DNA of 64,000 nt from Podarcis tiliguerta (lineage: Eukaryota), in NCBI GenBank assembly GCA_965153285.1, contig OZ229113.1. One strand, 5' to 3'. Made by a program: the position numbers and the translations under genes. This document shows, in pieces, positions 11,985-23,452 of this stretch. Positions within the stretch are counted from its first letter, which is position 1. Each line of letters opens with the position of its first letter. The notes under the pieces were generated by a model that searched no databases, was not told where the DNA came from, and worked only from the letters and a program-made list of their open reading frames with translations.

Positions 11985-12113
11985 TTCTGTGCAGCAATCA
12001 TTTCTTGGCGAAACTGGTCACGTTCACTTAACAGATCCTGAATTGCACTCTGTGCATCCCTGGTTTGACGCTGGAGAACTGCTCTGGAATTAGTCAGCTC
12101 ATCAGTCATCACT
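11985..12113 (-). CDS. BLZF1: BLZF1 coding exon 4 (VMTDELTNSRAVLQRQ...QEMIAAQK)
   Basis: Acceptor tctacag|, donor aa|gtatga; 129 nt, phase 2-2. Confidence 0.94.
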
Positions 12114-13492
12114 CTGTAGAAGAAATCCCAAATGTGGCTCAGACAGGCAAAGGAATTTATCTACTTAAAATCCTAATTCATGTTACATTAGCAGATAACT
12201 TGCTGTTTACACATGAAGTGGTAATGCTTACAGGATGCACCCTGAATGGCTATAACTGAAAAATAAGAAGAAATCAGCTTGTTGATCCGAAGTACATTAC
12301 GTTGTTATTATGACGCTCTTAGCCTGCTCCCCACTCGGGAACACTTACTTTATTCTCATAATAACACTGCAAGGTATTTATAATTTAAAGTAACCATTTT
12401 GCAAACCATCAGGGCACTGTACAACAACATAAAACAATTTTTAAAAGCAATACAGAAAATTTTGAACAGCCACATAACAGCTGGCATAAAAAGTCAAAAG
12501 CGAGGATGCCTGTCAAATCTCTGCTGGAAACGTCTTCCATAGGATGGAAATGGTAACAGGAGAAACCACCACCCACTCCCCTCTGGACTGTTTCAGCGAT
12601 CAGGCTAGGATATGAATTAGACTGAAAGAAGACAACTTTGAGTCACTCACCCTGAGAACGTAAATTTGCTGCACTGACACCTGAACACCTTATCCAATGC
12701 ACCTTATTTACTTTGTGCATGGACTTATCCAGCAAGGTGTAAAACAGCAGCAAGGAGGAGGGGTAATTCTGGCCGGCTACTTCTTCAGGAACCAAGCTTC
12801 TAAACTGCTTTTTATCTTTGGGGCTGTGGTGGTGCTACTGATCAAGAGCTAACTGAAAAACACTGTTAGGCTTGTGTATCTTTTTATGGTATTTAGAAGT
12901 GTAAAGCAAGACACATCTGGGAGTGGAAGGCTGGTACTTGGCCTGCAAGGAAAGAGGAATTGTGGATCTGCTGCATAGAAACTGACTGTACTCTCTATTC
13001 AATCTCATAAGGAAGCCTAAGAGGGAAGCAGCTTGAGGTCAGCAAGATGGGCTAAGTCTACGAGGCCCCCAGTTATTACTATTCAGAGTTATATGCAGCA
13101 CAGGAGCAGCAGTCCTCAGAAAGCCCAGCACTTCCAGCCTTCTTCCACCTCATCAGTGGCATCTCCAACTGCACTGCTATGCCACTTGCTCAGGTCTAGG
13201 TTGTTATGAATAAGACACAAGGAGTTTGACAAGGCTTTCCTTACCCTCAACTGTCTTTTGGCTCATAGCACCCAAGGATCCATCTTAATCTTAAACAGCC
13301 ATCAATCCCCCACAAATAGCTTTCCTGTATCCCACACATGGGGTCCTTGCATGCCCTCTAGGGGCTTAGAATGGATTTATGTTCAACTCAAGAACTTCCG
13401 CTCAAGGTGCAGATTACCAGTTGTAGTTCAGCAACATTTGGTGGGCCAAAGGTTCCCCGCAGCCTTTATAAAGTTGCATTGAGGCACAATAC

Positions 13493-13692
13493 CTGCTTGC
13501 TAGGAATTTGCTCCTCCAAACATCACACTGTATAGACATCCGCTCTAATTGCTCAGATAATTGTGACACATTTCGCCCTAGGGCCTCATTTTCAAGGATC
13601 AGTTGATTTTTTTCACGTGCCATGCGTTCAAAGTGATACTGCAGGTCATCCCCCACAGAAGCAACAAGTAACTTCTTCAACTCCCGATTGAC
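13493..13692 (-). CDS. BLZF1: BLZF1 coding exon 3 (VNRELKKLLVASVGDDLQYHFER...CDVWRSKFLASR)
   Basis: Acceptor tcttag|, donor ag|gtattg; 200 nt; conserved coiled-coil core. Confidence 0.95.
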
Positions 13693-13997
13693 CTAAGACA
13701 AGACAATTATTTAACCTTTCATCATGTGTCAACAAGGAATATGATCAAGCTACCCCTGGTTAATACTGAAGCTATCAAGTACAAGATGCTAGAAGGCCCC
13801 CCCTTCCAAGCTTAGCAGACTTTCATAGTAAATATATATAGGACACATCACTAAGAGACAGATGTGTATTCTTAAACAAGATGCCTGGATACCCAAACCA
13901 TAAACACACTAATACTGTATGCTAACATTTCTGATACAACTGTAGCTGTTTAAAGTAACAAATACTAAGGCACAATTTGCTGAAAGATAAATATATA

Positions 13998-14216
13998 CAG
14001 TGGTACCTCTAGTTGCGGACATGATCTGTTCCGGGGTGCTGTTCGCACCCCAAAAAGTCTGCAACTAAAGTGGTGCTTCTGCGCAAGTGCAGAGCGTGAT
14101 AGAGCGCTTCTGCACATTTGCGCGTGGCGAAACCCAGAAGTATACACTTCCGGGTTTGCTGCGTTCGCAAGCTGAAAAGACGCAACATGAACCCAACGCA
14201 ACACAAGGTATGACTG
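13998..14216. mobile_element. Tc1/mariner-type MITE
   Basis: TA|CAGTGGTACCT ... AGGTATGACTG|TA. Confidence 0.8.
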
Positions 14217-15114
14217 TATGCATATCTCAGAGGCTAGTTTGCAGCTTCAACATGTTGAGACCAATAGCTTTTATGTTGCCACTTCCATGAATTGCTTCTA
14301 CAATGTCATACCCAATTAGCTGATCATATTGATCTCTGTAAAACCCTTGCTTCCAGAAAGCATTGGAAACTATGAAAGTTGTATGTCTCCATAGCACCAT
14401 AGGATCAAAATCATGTGGAATAATTCAGGTATTCAAATGTGCTAGCCACTCATATCCCCTTCTACTTTATCACCTTTTCTTTATGGTCAGCACAGCCACA
14501 ACAATCCCAATGATACATTCAGGATGAATTTATATGTGGTTGTGAGCTTATACACTGTCTACGAACCCTTACCTGCATAGGAACTCCACAAAACGAACAC
14601 TCCTAAGTATTGAACCAACCCATATACATTTACTGACATTCCAACAGACACGGAGCTGGCAGACAACTACTGCTTTCCTATGGGCTGGGGCTTAAACTAT
14701 GAATCTCTTAAACAAGACACTGAATGTGTAGCGCTCAAATACGGATACGGACTTTTTAATTATAATAGATACCATCAATGTCACCTCTTGATCAGCCACT
14801 GTCTTATAATAAAGACTCATGTCTTGTGCCTAACTCTAAACACACTAGGAAGGACATCCCATTGAACACAACTGAACTTACTTCTGAGGAAGCTTCCATA
14901 AGAGTGTGCTATTTAGGATGGAAGAAACAGGCACCACTACTGAGAAGACCCTATGCCTGGTTCCCTGTAACTTCGCTTCTTGTAGTGAGGGAACTGCCCA
15001 TAATGCAATATGAATAATTGTTATATTGCTGTTCCCTACTGGGAGCCCTCATACAGGGCAGCTTTTAAAAGGAAAAAAAGGATAATAGATTAAATCCACT
15101 TCTTGGTCCCTCAC

Positions 15115-15536
15115 CTCTGTTTGCACATGGAGCTGATTGGAAAGGCCCTCCTTATCCTGTAGCAATCTTCTTTCAGAGTTCTTGAGCTTTGCTATTTCAC
15201 TTCTAAGCTCTTTTTTAGAACCTGGAATTTCATCTAACAGAGTGAGGGTTTCTCTTTGGTGTCCTGAAGACTTGGGCATCTTTGCATTTTTGGTAGGAAC
15301 TACATGGTTTATAGCAGCTTTGGGAACCAGGATTCGCACAGCTTCGATCTCCACGGCCGTATCACCTTTTATCTTCCCTAGTTGAAGAACTCCAGGACTT
15401 AGTGAAGGAAGAGCTTTCTTGTGTGGGCTTCGATGGGCATGACTGGCTGAGGGCTGGATTACTTCAACAGATTTGGGTGGTTGCTCCATTTCCATGCCAT
15501 CACCAGGTCCACGGATAGGTGAGGTGGCATATTCAG
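15115..15536 (-). CDS. BLZF1: BLZF1 coding exon 2 (EYATSPIRGPGDGMEMEQPPKSVEV...DKEGLSNQLHVQTE)
   Basis: Acceptor cttcag|, donor gag|gtgagg; 422 nt, phase 1-0. Confidence 0.93.
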
Positions 15537-16065
15537 CTGAAGCTTGGAGAAAGAAAGCAGAAAAGTTAATGCAAAAATAGATATTTCGGTGAGATAAGCA
15601 CTTGTCATTGGGTTTTGTCCAAAAGCTTCTGTTTCTTCATTGCATCCCCTCCATTGCATGCGGCACTGTTAGCCAAGTTTTTAAAAAGAAAATTGTATAA
15701 CTAGACATAAGACCAATTTAAGAAATTGTTTGCTAGTTGATTTTAACAGTGGCCATATTTAATTAGTACCACCCCCAAAAATGATAGTTTGAAGCAGATT
15801 ACCACTCAGATAGCGTGATACAATATAGCATACTTATTATTGATTTAATGTCTGAATATCTGTTAAGAAAGGTTTTGTAAATTTGATATACTTGGCAATA
15901 AAAAATATTAGGTAAAAACCCTAAATGATTAGACCTTGCAATTACCATACATTTAGCCTACTTCTTGGTCTAAACAGATAGTTTTACCAAAGTCTTTCCT
16001 TTACCAATAAGTGAAGAATGCATAGTTTAACACAACATTTGTTTTTAAAAAGGATGAACACTTAC

Positions 16066-16093
16066 TGTTTACTGTATTCTGTAGTGTTGTCAT
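16066..16093 (-). CDS. BLZF1: BLZF1 first coding exon (exon 16128-16066; MTTLQNTVN)
   Basis: Acceptor ctgcttag|, aagATGA start, 28 coding nt, donor a|gtaagt. Phase 1 fits the next exon; MTT start as in recalled human MTTKNL. Confidence 0.85.
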
Positions 16094-16428
16094 CTTGTTG
16101 ATGGAGCTTCACACACAGGAGGTAAACACTAAGCAGAGGAAAAAGAAAAATGCATAAAATCTCTGTTGCATATTTTAGCTGCTAATTCTTCTGAGAAATA
16201 TGCCAAACCAGTAGTGCATCTTTTATCAAGCCATATTGCTCCAATCCAAAAAGGCAAGCACTGTTTAGAAACTTCCTGCACACGTAACCAATGAGGGTGC
16301 AAATATACACCCTAGCTGTGTGAATTCAGGATCCTTATGAATTGCTTGGCCACAACCTCTGTGCCTGTGAATGGTGGGCACAGTGGCTGCTGTTATTCTA
16401 AGTACCTAACAGTTTGACAGACCAGAAG

Positions 16429-16447
16429 TGACGAGCAGGGGGCACTA
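16429..16447 (+). promoter_or_regulatory. Candidate CTCF site in BLZF1 intron 1
   Basis: TGACGAGCAGGGGGCACTA versus consensus TGGCCASYAGRKGGCRCTA. Confidence 0.5.
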
Positions 16448-18259
16448 GAAACATGAAAAAGCAACAATAATGCAATTATCTAGCACAGTGCATAGCAGTT
16501 GCTGTAAAAGAGCAGAAAAGCAATTAACTGGACTACCAAGACATTCAACAATTTTCAAGTGGCCTGTGTGTGGGAAGCTTAGAAACCACTGCCTTCTACC
16601 AAATTAGATTATTGGTTCTTATAGCCAGGGGTGGTGCTAGGTTCTTCAAAGACTTGGGGACCAGGCTCACGACACAATGTTGTTTTTTTAAATAATTGTG
16701 TTTCATCCATAGATCTCAGGGTGGTTCACAGTATAAAAAAGATCAAAACACATAATAAAAACAAGAAAAACACATTTAATAGGATACAGGATGCATACAA
16801 GTTAATATGTTAATTTATACATATAGATGCATATTTAGGTTAACTTCAGAAGGAGAACCACCCTGTAAGCAAAGTTTTTTTAAAAAAAGATTTGGGAGCA
16901 GGGATGAAATAGAATCAATGCCACCTCTGTGCCCAGCATGCAGCTCAATATTGTCCGTGACTGGCTGTGGATCTCCAGTCAGGCCCTGCATAGCTGCAAA
17001 AGGTAAACTACCCAATACAGTTGGGCAAAACGTACAAGAGAGACGAAGAGGTTACTTTCAAACACTGCACCAGCTCTGGGTTGGCCCAACACCATAGAAT
17101 GGCAAGACACAAAAACTTAAGACACAGTGAGACTATTATTTTGAAACAGGAAGTTGACTAAGGCTGCAACGCTAATCATACTTTGGCAGCAACTTTCACT
17201 GAACTGAGGGAGTTTAATGTGAACAAACATGTTCAGAATCAGGCTAGTCAAGTTACTTCTCTTCACCATCCTGGCTCATGACAGGTCTTTTCACCCATCA
17301 GAAACTGGCCCTTGAAGCTGTTGTCTAGAGTCTTACAGTTTTGGCATTCTTAATAACTGACAAACCCAAAGAGGCAGAAATTGTGCACTGGAAACTCAGA
17401 AACTAAGTTGTAGTGTCCTATACTAGAGATAAAATTCTTTACCTGCAAAGAGGCAATAGGATGATGCTTCTTCCACAGGCTGCGAGCCTACCACAAATTC
17501 TGCAAGTGTGTCAGATTTTCACTTTGTATCTTAAATCCCTTCAGCCTCATCTCACTGGAAGCCTACACTCCTATGCACATTTACCTGTGAATTAGTCCCA
17601 TTTGAATTCACTGGGTAGGACAGATGTCAGCCCTGCAGGATCCACTTTTACTAAAAACCCTCCACCAGCTTGAGCCAGGTGAAAATGACATGCGTTTCAA
17701 AATTAAAAATTCTGACCCTGTGAATTTGTTTTGAGCACTAGAACTGAAGTGAGCTCACAGTCCTCACACACTGATCTCTGCTCCCAAGTCTCTCCCAGCC
17801 CCCACTTCAGCAGCATAATTTGGCATTTCGTTGTCATTGTTAAAACAACTGGGAGTCAGAAATCCTCACCCATCTTTTCCACGCCTGCTAAAAACATTCC
17901 TGTTTAGACAAGTCTACCCAGGTGTTTGGAAAGCTGAGGTAATTTTAATTTGTTTGAGTATTTTAACTTTTGCATGTTTTTAAAGTAGGGTACCCCCCCG
18001 ATTTCATCTTTTGCAAACCGCTTTGACCCCGCCCCCTGTTTACAGTCAAGAGGTGTAGAAATTTTATGAAACAAAAAACAAGCCCACCCAGAAGCCTCCC
18101 GGTAGATCCTGATCCACTTTCTGCCAACATCTGCTAAGCAATATACACAGTGGCACAGTAATACGCACGAATGAGAAAAAAACGATTCTGGCTACCCCGC
18201 AATACACTTTCGATGAGATCTACTTCCCAGGATGGGCAGTTTGGGAAATGCAGCAGCAG

Positions 18260-18436
18260 CATAGCAGTCAACCTTCCCTTTTTTGCGGGAAATTCCCTTA
18301 TTCCACCGTCGTTTCCAGCTGCTATCCCGGATTGTTAGATATCCCGTAGACTGTCCCCGGGACAGGTGAGGCTGCTGATCCCTTATTTTCTAGGCTGTTG
18401 ATCCCTTATTTTCAAATCTGAAAGTTGACAGCTATG
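18260..18436. mobile_element. hAT-type MITE in BLZF1 intron 1
   Basis: TIR CATAGCAGTCAAC / GTTGACAGCTATG; 8-bp TSD agcagcag. Confidence 0.85.
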
Positions 18437-18550
18437 AGCAGCAGGTTGCTTCGCGACGAGGGAATTTAACAACGCGTGAAATGTTATAGTTTCCTCCCAC
18501 CCGCCGCCGCCCAGGCCGCCCCCGCACCGCACAATTCTCCCTCGACTTAC

Positions 18551-18700
18551 CAGCGGCCCGGATTACTTGCGAGTAGTTTCCCTTGTCGCCCCTCTCACTC
18601 CCTCGCCATCTCTCACTCATCCGCCTTCTCTAATCAACTTCCGCTCTATTGATTTCCGCGTATAGAGGCATATCCATTAGACTGGCGCACAGAGGTTAAC
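18551..18700 (-). other. BLZF1: BLZF1 non-coding exon 1 (5' boundary approximate)
   Basis: Minus-strand donor ctg|gtaagt at 18550 within a CpG-rich region, with ETS (CCGGAAGT-like) motifs nearby. Confidence 0.6.
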
Positions 18701-18918
18701 TTCCGGATTGTTTTGAACTCCACGGCCTTCCCACGTCGCGAGAGCCGCCCTAACAAAACCAGTTGGGAAGCCCCGGGTTTTAATGTACCGTTGATTTGAG
18801 TGACATCTGTCTCTCCTGCCAATCAATACAATACAATACCATTCAATACTTATTTCCTTGGCAGAAAGGCAACAATAAAACTTCAATCCCATTTGGAAAG
18901 CTCAGCAGGGTCCGGTAT

Positions 18919-19021
18919 GGTTTCAAACTGGATGGGGCACCGCACCGCATGTTGAGATGCCTGCATTGCAGAGGGTTGGACTAGATGACCCTAAGGATCC
19001 CTTCCAGCTATATGATTCTAT
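18919..19021 (+). mobile_element. CR1-type 3' tail fragment inside the bidirectional promoter
   Basis: ctgcattgcagagggttggactagatgacc...cccttcc...atgattcta; also present at 27715-27820 and 42949-43024. Confidence 0.75.
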
Positions 19022-19510
19022 TCCACATTTCTCTACCCCCCCTCCCCCCATGGGCAGCCGTCACTTGGTATAGGAAGGTGAAGCGGGAGCGGGAGCTTCA
19101 AAAAGAATTTATGTGGCATGACCGCGAGAGAATGGCGCATTTGTTTACTCTACAATTTCCTATCTCTACGCTTCGTGCAACTTCACAGCGATGACGTCCG
19201 CTTATGTTGCGCTCCGTATGCTTCCTTTCAATGGGGAGTAATAGCCTGGCTCTATCTTCCATCAAGGCCTAGAGCGGCGGTTACTCTGAGCCAATCGTGA
19301 GTCACCGCTAATGGCGGTTTTCCGCTTTCAACGGAAGTTTATTTTCTGCCACCGCGTCCTATGCGCGCGCCGGGAGGGAGGCGTGGCTTCGGTTGCTAAG
19401 AAGCGGTTTTGGTTGGCGGGCGGGCAGAGCTGGACCGTTTTGTTGTTGGAGGGAGCGAGTGTTGCTTGGGCTGAGGCAGAGGAGCGTGAAGGACAGGCGA
19501 GGACGGTACC

Positions 19511-19513
19511 ATG
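19511..19513 (+). CDS. NME7: NME7 exon 1 (only the ATG is coding)
   Basis: gtaccATG|gtgagt: good -3 Kozak context and a consensus donor; joins exon 2 in phase 0. Confidence 0.85.
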
Positions 19514-19836
19514 GTGAGTTCCGGGGAGGGGGGGTTGGAATGATGCATTAGCTAGTCGCCGTGTGCGTGTATATAATGCTTCTGCAGTGACTCCCATTGA
19601 GGGATGGTATGTTAGCGAAGAAATGGTGCTTAATAGCTCCTCAGTGGGGGTGATTTTTTTTGGGGGGGGAATGTGTTGTGACGTCACTGATTACATTTAT
19701 TTACATCCTGCCTTTCTTCTGAGGAGCTCAAGGCAGTGGCCTCTGTTACTCTTCTCCTTCATTTTATCCTCACAGCAACCCTGTGAGGTAGGCTAGTCTG
19801 GGGATAAGTGACAGGCCCAAGGCCACCCAGGAAAGC

Positions 19837-19964
19837 NNNNNNNNNNNNNNNNNNNNNNNNNNNNNNNNNNNNNNNNNNNNNNNNNNNNNNNNNNNNNNNN
19901 NNNNNNNNNNNNNNNNNNNNNNNNNNNNNNNNNNNNNNNNNNNNNNNNNNNNNNNNNNNNNNNN
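19837..19964. other. Assembly gap (128 N)
   Basis: Run of n. Confidence 1.
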
Positions 19965-20262
19965 TGGCTGGGTTTCCCCAGCCACTCTGGGCAGCTTCCA
20001 ACAGAACACTAAAATACAATAAACATTAAAAGCTTCCCCAAACAGGGCTGCCTTCAGATGTCTTCTAAAAGTTTGGTAGTTATTTTTCTCTTTGACATCT
20101 GGTGGGAGGGTGTTCCACAGGGCGGGTGCCACTACCGAGAAGGCCCTTTGCCTGGTTCCGTGTAACTTGGCTTCTCGTAGCGAGGGAACCGCCAGAAGGC
20201 CCTCGGCGCTGGACCTCAGTGTCCGGGCAGAACGATGGAGGTGGAGGCGCTCCTTCAAGTAT
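19965..20262 (-). mobile_element. L2 LINE 3' fragment
   Basis: Encodes RTLRS...RAFSVVAPALWNTLP...FRRHLKAALF (L2 ORF2 C-terminus); near-identical to 40001-40310. Confidence 0.85.
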
Positions 20263-20526
20263 TCAGAACTTCAAGTGCTCAGAACTTGGCCCTTCTTGTT
20301 CCTAGCCTGACAGTTTAACCACTGTACCATGGGGGGGGGGAGAGGATTTTGTGGTCCTCCATGTGGTGTTGGACTCCCAACTCTCGTTAGCCCCAGCCTG
20401 CGTGGTCAGGGGTTATGGGAATTGTGTGGCCCAGCAATGTCTGAACGGCCACAAGTTCTTCATCTTTGCGTTACACCATATTGGCTCTCCTGGTGGTTTC
20501 CTGATAGGTTACCTTCTTCCAAAACC

Positions 20527-20529
<3 letters not shown>

Positions 20530-20559
<30 letters not shown>
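20530..20559. repeat. (GA)n microsatellite
   Basis: Read directly. Confidence 0.95.
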
Positions 20560-20565
<6 letters not shown>

Positions 20566-21812
20566 CAGTTTGGAAGAAATGTGACAGCCAACAGTTTGAG
20601 CAAGGGGAGGCCAAAGTAGAGAGCAGCCCATGTATATATTAGTCTCTGGGGGATTTACTGAATGAATGCAGATTTGCTTCCACTGTGCTCTGCCTGTTTT
20701 TGTTTATAAGGATACAATGATACTATAATATTGCAAATGTAATAAAACAAAGGCAAAGGGAAAAGACTTAAAGGACATGTGTTCTTCAACACTGAAGAGG
20801 ACAAACTTCAAGAGAGAACATTTGAAGCCCCAGCAAGAGACGATTAGATCTAAACTATGCCAGCCTATGGACTTCAAAGGGCCTTGCTGTAACTGCTGGT
20901 TAGTGGATACAGCGATTCCCTTTCATTCGGTCTTAATTTTATTTATATGCTGCTTCTTCCACACAAAAAAATCACTCTCAAAGTAGTTTACAACAAAGGA
21001 AACAGTAACATTTCTCAAAATCAACAATCACAAGAACAATGCCATAGTAGCATAATAAAACAACAACATAATAGTAAGTGTAACAACATAAAAAAAATCA
21101 TTTCAGTGCAATAAGTATAGTAAGATTACATTAACAACATTAATCTTGCCGGCAATAGCAAAACAAGGGAGTTTGAGTTTTACCTTGGTCCTAGAAACAC
21201 CTCTTCCATCATGTTGCTCACCTTTGAAGTTGTCTCCTACATCATAATGATGTCAGATGATAGACAGGTGGGTGATGGTACCCAGATGTCAGAGTTGGTC
21301 CATGAAGGGTGGAGGAGATAACCCTTGCTGTAAAGAAAAGTGAAACGTAGAACAGTGATGTACTTTGCATGACAATCTGATACATAATAGTAGGGATGCA
21401 GACTTTCTGTTCCTTTCAGACAGGACCAGGGCCCCATCAATATGAGACAGATTGGAGGAAACCTGGAATCTATTATCTCTCTCTTAGTTCCCTCTTCTTT
21501 GAATATATTTAATTCAACACAGACTGGGTCTTTTTGTGTGTCACACCAATCCACCCCAAACATTTCCCTTCTATTGAAGCTTCTGTGCTGGGTAGAGGGA
21601 AAGCTTTGTTTGTGCTGTGCAATCCCTGATGAAAATTGGATCATCTGTGCAGGCGAAAATGAGTCATGTGCCATTAGATAATGTCTGTCCACCTGTCAAA
21701 CTTGGCCCATGGGGTGGATGTGGGAGATTAGGATCCAGTCTGCTGTCCAGATCTACCCCAGTTATATACCAAACTGTTACTTTGAATATTATGTATACAG
21801 TGTATCTTGAAC

Positions 21813-22001
21813 CAGGGCCAGCCCAAGACATTTTGGCACCTGAGATTGACCCCATATTGGCTCCAGGGAAGAAGGGTGAGGAAAATCTACATCAGGAACA
21901 AGGTGTGGGGGAAGAAAGATCAACTTTGGGATTTGCTGCCCTAATGGCTCCTGCCCCCTGAAGTAGTTGCCTCACCTTGCTTCATGGGTGGGCCGGCCCT
22001 A
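21813..22001. mobile_element. Old hAT-type MITE
   Basis: TIR CAGGGCCAGCCC / GGGCCGGCCCTA; degenerate 8-bp TSD tcttgaac/tattgaat; relative at about 58791-59090. Confidence 0.6.
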
Positions 22002-23384
22002 TATTGAATACTGCAGATATTAACTGGGGATCAGGGAATGGGTATTATGTTGTGGTAGCAAATTTTCAGGGTACTGTTGTATATATGCATTGTGGTCTGT
22101 ACAATTGGTGCTATAAAATGGAAGGTAGGTGGTACAAAACCACTTTCCTATTTAACTGGTTAGATTCCTGTTTAGATGAAACAAAATGTTTGTGTGTGAA
22201 CCATTGATGACTCAAAAATACCTATTAAATTTATTGAGATTGTATTAGAGTATATATTGCAATCTTGTGAGTCTGTTGAAAGAATAATGAGTGATTTACA
22301 ATATAGTATTTACTTACTTGTCTGTTGTTCTAAAAATAGGCATCACATTTTCATCTAATTGTAGACAACTGTGATTAGATGTGATGAAAATAATTTCTAA
22401 AAAATACTTCATACATTTGGTGAATTTCCAAAGTAGGATTATACTGTATTGTATAATAAAAATATCAGTTTTAGAGGATCGTCATCTGGCAAGATGAAAG
22501 CTAGCTTCTTTCTTTAGTCTTAGCCCTTTGTCTGCTTTTATTTTTAGCTCAGCTTCTGTGCTTGCGAGTGTGCAATTTAAACTTGCATCATACTTAAAAT
22601 GAATTTATGTGAAAGTGGGCAGTAATTGTTCTTCAAGCTCACTTTCCCCTCAGCTGGCCCTCTTCCTAAAAGATGACTTTAAGTGTAACTGATGAGATTG
22701 TTTAATGTTCTCAAAATCTCAGGTAGAATTTTCATGATGTAAGCAGCCTCCAGAACGGCCCCTAGTTCAGCAAGAGCAGAATTATGTTTGACTTCAAAGA
22801 AGTATGGATAGAAATAAAGGGCTGTATCTAGCTTATTTATTGTTGGAGTAAACCATTGAAATGAATGGACCTAAGCGAATCATTAACAGTATTTTCGATG
22901 GGTCTATATTCTGAGTAGGAGTAACAGTGGCTACAATCCCAGTGTTTGTATGTATAGACTGTGGAGAGATTTCTGGGAACTTGTAGTTAGTCACAAAATC
23001 TCATGCCCATATCAGCCTTGAATTGGGCATGCTGCTGATGCACCCAGTGCACTGCACTGGTCATTTTTTTTATAAGCCAGGGCCTCACATGCCTCATGTG
23101 CAAGAGTAGGAGGCTAGGGTGCTTAAAATGTTTAAATAATGGTGTGAATTTGCTTTAGTATACATTTGATTGGTTATTTGCCTGGGGTTTTTTTTTTTTG
23201 GCCATTTGCCAAAGTGTACTATGTTTCTTTCATATATTTGTTCCCGCCCATAGTTTAACAATAATTAATAAATAATACAATTTCTCCTAGTTGAGACTTG
23301 ATATAATCTGACTTCTGTGGAGCACTAGGTGGAGCCCTTTAGCTGACAAACCTGAACCTGCCATTTCTTTTAAAGGGTGAGTGT

Positions 23385-23452
23385 TTGCCTGCTGCCCATT
23401 ACATGCTAACCATATTAGTTGCCTGCTGCCCATTACATGCTAACCATATTAG
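23385..23452. repeat. Perfect 34-bp tandem duplication
   Basis: ttgcctgctgcccattacatgctaaccatattag x2. Confidence 0.95.

Larger units (their letters stand above)
18450..19560. promoter_or_regulatory. Bidirectional CpG-rich promoter of BLZF1 (-) and NME7 (+)
   Basis: High CpG density. ETS motifs at 18638, 18699, 19332; TCGCGAGA 18736; TGTTTAC 19142; TGACGTC 19192; CCAAT 19291; YY1-like AATGGCGG 19310; RFX half-site GTTGCTAAG 19392. Confidence 0.8.
19695..20330 (-). mobile_element. Older MIR/Squam3-like SINE split by the gap and an L2 insertion (halves 19695-19836 and about 20263-20330)
   Basis: atcctcacagcaaccctgtgaggtagg and cccaaggccaccc core on one side; ttaaccactgtaccat head on the other. 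Confidence 0.6.
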
